Origin: Betaproteobacteria bacterium
Lineage (GTDB): Bacteria > Pseudomonadota > Gammaproteobacteria > Burkholderiales > Burkholderiaceae_C
NCBI GenBank assembly: GCA_025360705.1
Contig: JANYBQ010000046.1
Span: 1 to 49,375, forward strand
Direction: 5' to 3'
Length of the DNA: 49,375 nucleotides
Of the stretch, positions 43,835-49,375 are shown piece after piece (position 1 is the stretch's first letter; each line of letters opens with the position of its first letter). Below the pieces are notes generated by a model. The model did no database searches, was not told the DNA's origin, and saw nothing but the letters and a program-made list of their open reading frames with translations. Both the position numbers and the translations under genes were made by a program.

Positions 43835-44542
43835 ATGATGCGTTACGAGAACGAACAACTCCAAGACCGGCTTGCGGCCGAGTTCGTGCTCGGAAACCTG
43901 CGCGGCGCGGCGCGCAGCCGGCTCGTGATGCTGATGCGACGCCATTCTGGGCTGCGGTGCAAAGTGGCGCAGTGGGAGGAGCGCTTGTTTCCACTGGTCA
44001 TGCGCGCCCCGCAAGTCAAGGCTCCGCCGCGCGTGTGGCGGACGATTCATGCCCGCATTTGGCCGGACGCGGTGGAAAGCTTGGGCGCGAGAGCTTGGTG
44101 GAGACGTCTCGCGACGGGGGGACTCGCTGCTGTCGCGCTGGCTGCAATCGCCTACATTGCCGTCGCGCCGCAGCGTGAGACGGCGTTCACGATGGTCGCC
44201 GTGCTGAGCGATACACACGCACGGCCGGGCATCCTGGTTTCGTGGACGTCGCGACAAGCGGCCAATCGTCAGCTTGGTATGCGAATCCTGGCGCATCCGT
44301 CAATGCCGCCGGATACGTCATGGCAGGCTTGGCTATTGCGCGGGCAGGGTGCGGCGCCGATTTCGTTGGGTATCGTCACGACCGAGGAGACTCAGGTGCT
44401 CGAGATCTCTCCCGCGGCGGCGGACGCGCTGCAAGGGGCGGTCTCGATCGGCGTCAGCGTCGAGGCCATGGGCGGTTCCGTAACCGGGCGACCGGGTGGG
44501 CCTTATGTGCTGGAGGGTCCGGGGTTAAGGGTCGACTTATGA
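43835..44542 (+). CDS. Anti-sigma factor, RskA family
   Basis: LAAEFVLGNL, WEERL, PPRVWRTI, TM, QAWLL...PISLG, VSVEAMGGSVTGRP. Confidence 0.87.
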   Translation: MMRYENEQLQDRLAAEFVLGNLRGAARSRLVMLMRRHSGLRCKVAQWEERLFPLVMRAPQVKAPPRVWRTIHARIWPDAVESLGARAWWRRLATGGLAAVALAAIAYIAVAPQRETAFTMVAVLSDTHARPGILVSWTSRQAANRQLGMRILAHPSMPPDTSWQAWLLRGQGAAPISLGIVTTEETQVLEISPAAADALQGAVSIGVSVEAMGGSVTGRPGGPYVLEGPGLRVDL

Positions 44543-44620
44543 GTTGCCAGAAACCGCAGCTGACCGCTCACTTCAGGAAGCGAGGCCGCATGGACCCTGA
44601 CTTTTCTGGCTTTGAGCACA

Positions 44621-44835
44621 CCATCGCCTTACGCGCCGGACTTGAATCTCGTGGAGTCCCTGTGGGCTTGGTTCAAGCGCTACGCATGGGCCAATTTCTG
44701 CCCAAGCAACCTGAGCGAGTTGCACACCACCGCCCGCAACAAGCTCAAGAGCGCTCAGAAGTGACCCTCGATCATTGCCGCTTGCGGTATGCAAGCTACG
44801 CTGTGGTGATGTAATGAATTACGGAACTCTCAATA
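44621..44835 (+). mobile_element. IS630-family remnant (transposase C-terminal fragment with internal stop plus probable right end)
   Basis: Frame from 44621 reads PSPYAPDLNLVESLWAWFKRYAWANFCPSNLSELHTTARNKLKSAQK*PSIIAACGMQATLW*, matching the IS630 PxYxPxLNPxE.W motif; ends ...CTCTCAATA (TA target). Confidence 0.75.
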
Positions 44836-46241
44836 GAATAAGGATTTGGAATACCGTGTTGATCTGCTGCGCACTCGCGCTCGGATGCATGACAAACCAG
44901 CCGGCCGCGGCGCAGGCCGGCGCCAAACCGCCGCACGGGCCAACGGCGCCGCGCCAGGGCCTGTTGCCGTTGGGCACGTTCATGGCCGTCATCGGCGACG
45001 ACGAGACCAAAGCTCTTGCCGCGCTTGCGCGCATCGAGCAGAACTGGCACGAATCGTCGGCGGCCATGCTGATCGAAATGGTTTATCGCGCGCCGAGCCG
45101 TCGCGTACTCGCGCGTCTGATCGAAGTGGTGGAAAAGGCTTCCGGGCGAGCTTTCGACGGCGACATCGATGTGTGGTACCAATGGCTGTGGTCGGCCCCG
45201 CGCGCGGTTCATCCTGAGTACGCCGAGTTCAAGGCCCTGCTGTACGCGCCGATCGACGCGCGTTTTGACGAGTACTTCAAGGGACGCCCGAAATCGGATA
45301 TTCGGCTGGACGAAATCCGTTGGGGTGGGGTGCGCCGCGACGGCATTCCGCCGTTGAAGAACCCAAAGATGATCGCGGCGCGCGAAGCGATCTGGCTGCA
45401 AGACGACAACATTGTTTTCGGCGTGGCGATCAATGGCGCTGTGCGCGCCTTCCCCAAGCGCATCCTGGCCTGGCACGAGATGTTCAAAGACCGCATCGGT
45501 GGCCTTGAACTGGCTGGCGTGTATTGCACGCTGTGTGGCGCCCTGGTGTTGTACGACGTGACGATTGGCGGGGTTCAGTACGAACTTGGTACCAGCGGCT
45601 TCCTGTACCGGTCGAACAAGCTCATGTACGACCACGCCACGAAATCGCTTTGGTCGACCTTGACCGGATCGCCTGTAGTCGGTCCACTGGTTGGCAAAGG
45701 TATCGAGCTCAAATCGCTGTACGTCGTCACCTCGACCTGGAAAGAATGGCGAACGCGCCACCCGAATACGCAAGTGCTGTCGCTCGATACTGGTTATCAG
45801 CGCGACTACGGCGAAGGCGTCGCCTACCGCGATTATTTCGCCACCGACCGGCTGATGTTCGGGGTTCCCAAGCGTGACGAGCGCCTGCCGAACAAGGCCG
45901 AGGTATTGGCGCTGCGCCTGCCGCAGGCGCCGGGCGAGGTTCTGGCCATCGCCGTCTATTTTCTGGCCACCCGCGCGGTTTACCATGCCCGCGTTGGCAA
46001 GCTCAACCTGGTGGTACTGACCGATGCCAGTGGTGCTAATCGCGTGTACGAGTCCCGTGAGGTGACGTTCGCGAGTTGGGACAAAATGCAAACGGCGCGC
46101 GACAGCCAGGGTGGCACCTGGCGAGTGGAGGAGTCGGGACTGAGCGGCCCCGGCGGTGAGACCCTGTCGCGGCTGCCGGCGCATCGCGCTTTCTGGTTTG
46201 GCTGGCACGCCGCGTTTCCCGACACGCGACTTGTCAAATAA
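44814..46241 (+). CDS. DUF3179-domain exported protein with CxxC motif
   Basis: WGGVRRDGIPPL, AFPKRILAWHE, YCTLCG, GTSGFLYRSNKLMYD, AFWFGW..FPDT; start uncertain (44814 ATG or 44856 GTG). Confidence 0.85.
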   Translation: MNYGTLNRIRIWNTVLICCALALGCMTNQPAAAQAGAKPPHGPTAPRQGLLPLGTFMAVIGDDETKALAALARIEQNWHESSAAMLIEMVYRAPSRRVLARLIEVVEKASGRAFDGDIDVWYQWLWSAPRAVHPEYAEFKALLYAPIDARFDEYFKGRPKSDIRLDEIRWGGVRRDGIPPLKNPKMIAAREAIWLQDDNIVFGVAINGAVRAFPKRILAWHEMFKDRIGGLELAGVYCTLCGALVLYDVTIGGVQYELGTSGFLYRSNKLMYDHATKSLWSTLTGSPVVGPLVGKGIELKSLYVVTSTWKEWRTRHPNTQVLSLDTGYQRDYGEGVAYRDYFATDRLMFGVPKRDERLPNKAEVLALRLPQAPGEVLAIAVYFLATRAVYHARVGKLNLVVLTDASGANRVYESREVTFASWDKMQTARDSQGGTWRVEESGLSGPGGETLSRLPAHRAFWFGWHAAFPDTRLVK

Positions 46242-46242
46242 A

Positions 46243-47986
46243 CCTATTTTCCTCAGTTGACCGTATACAACTCGACGCAAACGTAGACTGGGAGCGGGAT
46301 TGAGATCGACACGAGGAGGCACCCGATGGGTGAGCGCAAATTGGCACCGGTGAATGTGGTGAAGGCAGTTGTATCGGCCTGCCAGGAGGCCATCGACACG
46401 GTGGCGCAAGCGGGCGACGAAGCGATGCGGGTTCAGACCCCTGGAGGCGTGTTTTCGGTGCGCTGGGACGCGCGAGGCAGTGCGACGGCACTGGGTCAAT
46501 TGGCCTTCTTCGCCGAGTACCTCGAAGCCACGGGGTTGTTCGAGCGGTGGCTCAAGAGCTGCCCGTTGAGCTACACCAGCCCGAACGCGCCGGCGCTTGT
46601 CGACGTGCTCGGCACCTGGATGCTGTCGATCCTGGACGGGCATTGCCGCTACGCCCATGTAGGCGCACTGCGCGGCGATGGGGTGGCCCCTGGCATCCTG
46701 GGCATGACCAAGATCATCGGCGATGACAGCCTGCGTCGCGCGCTGAGCGCCATCGCCCCGGCCCCTGGCGCCAAGCACACCGAGCTGCAGCGCGCGGCGC
46801 AACAAGCGCAGCTTGCGCGCTGCACGCAGTGGATGCAGGAGCAGCTCAAGCACAGCATCGCGCAGGCCACCACCACGCCGTGGATTCTGGATTGCGACAC
46901 CACGATCAAGGTGCTGTACGGCAAGCAGGACGGTGCCGTGGTCAGCTACAACCCGCACAAGCCTGGGCGGCCCAGCCATGCCATCCACACCTACTGGATC
47001 GGCAACCTGCGCCTGGTGCTCGATGCGCAGCTCGAACCCGGCAACCGGCACAGCCCCGTGCACGCGCGGCCTGGGCTGCTGGCGCTGTTGGAGGGCATGC
47101 CGCAGGACCAGCGCCCGAAGCTGGTGCGAGGCGACTGTGCCTTCGGCAGCGAGGGTGAGATGAGCGCGTTGGAGGCTATCGGCCAGCCCTACTTGTTCAA
47201 GCTGCGTCAAAGCGCGGGCGTCAAGCGACTCGTACAGCGGCAGTGGACGCGGCGTGACTGGTGCAGTGTGGGTCAGGGCTGGGATGCGTGCGAAGACGAG
47301 TTGCGGCTCACCGGCTGGACGCAGCGTCGGCGTGTCATCGTGATGCGCCGCGTGCGCAAGACCGACCTCGTGGTCGAGGCCAAGCGGGGTGGGCGCAAGG
47401 GCAAAGATCAAGTGCAGGCCGAGCTGCACTTCATCGACGAGAACGAGCCGGTCAAGAGCTGGGAGTACGCGGTGTTGGTGTGCAACACGCACTACGAGCT
47501 GGAGAACATCGGCCAGTTGTACCGCGACCGAGCCGACTGCGAAAATGGCTTCGACGAGATCAAGAATCAGTGGGGTTGGGGCGGCTACAGCACGCACGAC
47601 ATCGAGCGCTGCGCGCTCAGCGCACGGGCGGTGGCGCTGGTCTACAACTGGTGGAGCTGGTACGTGCGGCTGGCTCATCCGAAGACCCGGCTGGAGGCCA
47701 TCACGAGCCGCCCCAAGTTGCTCAGCGCGGTGGGACGCATGACCAGCCATGCCGGCCAAAACAAGATATTACTGACCATCACGCATGAAGCCGCGACCCA
47801 GATCAAGGCACTCGTCGCCAATGTACGCCATGGCTTGCAGCTCATTGCGGCCATCGCGCCGCAGTTGACAAAACCCCAGAAATGGTTCGCCCTCGTGCGC
47901 TACATCGTCGAGCGAATATTGGCCTGCGCGCCTAAACCCAACCTCGGGCTGAACGCCTTGGGGACTGGGTAACTGAGGAAAATAGG
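46243..47986 (+). mobile_element. Complete IS1380-family insertion sequence (1744 bp)
   Basis: Perfect 16-bp terminal IRs CCTATTTTCCTCAGTT (46243-58) and AACTGAGGAAAATAGG (47971-86); ATAAA direct repeat at 46238-42 and 47987-91. Confidence 0.9.
46326..47972 (+). CDS. IS1380-family DDE transposase
   Basis: ILDCDTT..YGKQDGA, VRGDCAFG, YRDRADCENGFDEIK; GAGGAGG RBS; stop codon overlaps IRR. Confidence 0.88.
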   Translation: MGERKLAPVNVVKAVVSACQEAIDTVAQAGDEAMRVQTPGGVFSVRWDARGSATALGQLAFFAEYLEATGLFERWLKSCPLSYTSPNAPALVDVLGTWMLSILDGHCRYAHVGALRGDGVAPGILGMTKIIGDDSLRRALSAIAPAPGAKHTELQRAAQQAQLARCTQWMQEQLKHSIAQATTTPWILDCDTTIKVLYGKQDGAVVSYNPHKPGRPSHAIHTYWIGNLRLVLDAQLEPGNRHSPVHARPGLLALLEGMPQDQRPKLVRGDCAFGSEGEMSALEAIGQPYLFKLRQSAGVKRLVQRQWTRRDWCSVGQGWDACEDELRLTGWTQRRRVIVMRRVRKTDLVVEAKRGGRKGKDQVQAELHFIDENEPVKSWEYAVLVCNTHYELENIGQLYRDRADCENGFDEIKNQWGWGGYSTHDIERCALSARAVALVYNWWSWYVRLAHPKTRLEAITSRPKLLSAVGRMTSHAGQNKILLTITHEAATQIKALVANVRHGLQLIAAIAPQLTKPQKWFALVRYIVERILACAPKPNLGLNALGTG

Positions 47987-48028
47987 ATAAAGCGCGTCCG
48001 CTATCGGCGGCCAAAGTGTCGATGTGGT

Positions 48029-48118
48029 TGGCGCCGATATGCTGAAAAGATGCTCGGGTGCGATGACCGGGACCGCGACCAGGTGCATCCCAACTTTGCA
48101 GCACTCAGGGCGGCGTGA
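48029..48118 (+). pseudogene. 3' remnant of DUF4224-like (putative excisionase) gene
   Basis: Reads WRRYAEKMLGCDDRDRDQVHPNFAALRAA*; PNFxAL tail and TGATG overlap with the integrase start resemble phage DUF4224-int pairs; no convincing 5' part. Confidence 0.5.
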
Positions 48119-49095
48119 TGGGCAGGCGGCGCCAGAATCATTTCGACGACCCTCCGCGATTCCATCGCAAGGGCAAGGTGTGGTACCACGTCAGCGGAAC
48201 CCTGCCCCGCATCTGGACCAAGCTCTCCATCGATCGCGCAGAGGCCCTGCGCCTATGGGCACAACGTGAAGGCGTGCGCGAGGATGATTCGACCAGGCTG
48301 TTTTCCGTCGTGGCGAAGCGGTACGTTCGGGAGATATTTCCGATGAAAGCACCGCCAACACGAAAGGACAACGACAAGGAACTGGCGAACCGGCTCAAGG
48401 TGTTCGCGCACACTCCCATTGATGCCATTGTGCCAATGCACTTTCGCGAATACATGGACATTCGTGGGCAGGTCGCCAAGGTGCGCGCAAACCGCGAAAA
48501 GGCTTTGTTCTCGCATATCTTCAACAAGGCCCGGGAATGGGGCTACACGGCCGCGCCCAACCCGTGCCAAGGGGTTAAGGGGTTCCGGGAAACAGGACGC
48601 AGCAGGTACATCACTGATCAGGAGTTCGACCAGGTCAAGGCGCATGCACACTTCACAGCGGTCGATGCAATGGATCTGGCCCTACTGACCGGCCAGCGAC
48701 CGGCAGATGTCCTCAAGCTCAAGAGGAACGATATCCGGGACGGCGCTCTATGGGTTGTTCAGAACAAGACCGGCGCACGGCTCGGAATTGAGATTACCGG
48801 CGAGCTAGCGACCACCATCGCCAGAATTAACGAACGTCCACGGAAAGCGATCAGCGTATTTCTGATCCAGGACGAAAACGGTCAGCGGCTCACATACTTC
48901 GCGCTTCGCTCACGTTTCGATAAGGCGAGAACGCTGGCAAAGGTGGATTTCCAGTTTCGAGATATTCGTGCCAAAGCCGCGACCGACACCGGTGACTTGG
49001 CGCATTCTCAAAAGCTGCTGGCCCACAAAAACCGGCACATGACCGAACACTACGTCAAGGCACGGATGGGGGAGCGGGTGAAGCCACTGCGATAG
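48118..49095 (+). CDS. Phage-type tyrosine integrase
   Basis: MGRRR...PPRF N-terminus, TGQRPADVL (R), QNKTG (K), FRDIRAK, LLAH, TEHY (Tyr nucleophile). Confidence 0.9.
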   Translation: MGRRRQNHFDDPPRFHRKGKVWYHVSGTLPRIWTKLSIDRAEALRLWAQREGVREDDSTRLFSVVAKRYVREIFPMKAPPTRKDNDKELANRLKVFAHTPIDAIVPMHFREYMDIRGQVAKVRANREKALFSHIFNKAREWGYTAAPNPCQGVKGFRETGRSRYITDQEFDQVKAHAHFTAVDAMDLALLTGQRPADVLKLKRNDIRDGALWVVQNKTGARLGIEITGELATTIARINERPRKAISVFLIQDENGQRLTYFALRSRFDKARTLAKVDFQFRDIRAKAATDTGDLAHSQKLLAHKNRHMTEHYVKARMGERVKPLR

Positions 49096-49375
49096 GGGTC
49101 TTGGCGGCGATCTTTGCCGCACCTAGCGCCTTCACGGCGGCTAGCCGGGCCAAACGTGCCGCCTTGGCTACGTACCATTCTTTGTCCAAAATGTGCAGCA
49201 ACTCAATTAGCGCAGCAGCCTCACCCTCTTCAACATCAATGATCAGGTTAATGTCCTTTTCAGGGTGCGCGCCAATGTTTCCAATCGATTTGAGACCCAT
49301 CATCGCTTCAAACAATTCGGAGTCGCAAAGACTTTTGATCATGGCTAAACTGAAGTTCCTGCCTCAAAAAAGCGA
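49055..49375 (-). pseudogene. DUF4145 (HEPN-like) protein C-terminal part, probably frameshifted or truncated; runs off window
   Basis: KSIGNIGAHPEKDINLIIDV motif; in-frame TGA 8 codons upstream of ATG 49342; lower GC than flanks. Confidence 0.6.

Noticed and set aside
43079-44296. 405-aa antisense ORF over the sigma/anti-sigma genes, and similar shadow ORFs (9226-10497, 11260-12459, 28303-29379, 33165-34370)
   Set aside because: They overlap well-supported genes on the opposite strand and lack family motifs
44762-44764. In-frame TGA as a possible selenocysteine codon, given mnmH and DUF3179 nearby
   Set aside because: It lies in a decayed IS630 transposase fragment with other substitutions and is best explained as a nonsense mutation
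44796-47759. 987-aa antisense ORF spanning the DUF3179 gene and the IS1380 transposase
   Set aside because: No recognisable motifs, it crosses an IS junction, and stop-free antisense frames are expected opposite GC-rich genes
47865-47895. Perfect TTGACA near the IS right end as a possible outward promoter for the integrase
   Set aside because: No plausible -10 hexamer at 16-18 nt spacing

Overview
GC-rich betaproteobacterial chromosome segment; protein sequences and gene order suggest Comamonadaceae (Rhodoferax/Polaromonas-like), which is an inference. Bases 1-29.5 kb are conserved housekeeping genes: zapE (partial), a PP2C phosphatase, YoaA/DinG helicase, bamD/rluD, scpB-rluB, the ndk-rlmN-pilW-rodZ-ispG-hisS-yfgM-bamB-der-hfq-hflXKC-hisZ-purA cluster, metC, mnmH(selU), tesA/ybbA and rlmB. 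Bases 29.5-42.2 kb hold metabolic and transport genes: an aldo-keto reductase, a short-chain chromate transporter pair, a degenerate HD-GYP protein, a D-amino-acid deaminase-like enzyme, MscS, beta-oxidation genes and an MtfA peptidase. From about 42.3 kb the region is accessory. It contains a secreted spondin-domain protein, a SigK-like ECF sigma factor with a Cys pair, an RskA anti-sigma factor and a DUF3179 CxxC protein, which together are the best candidate for an undescribed envelope redox-sensing system. This module is interrupted by an unannotated IS630 remnant. It is followed by a complete IS1380-family element (16-bp IRs, 5-bp target duplication), a truncated DUF4224-like gene coupled to an intact tyrosine integrase, and a probably broken DUF4145 gene. 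No rRNA, tRNA or CRISPR array was seen. All family calls are from motif recognition by eye, with no database searches.
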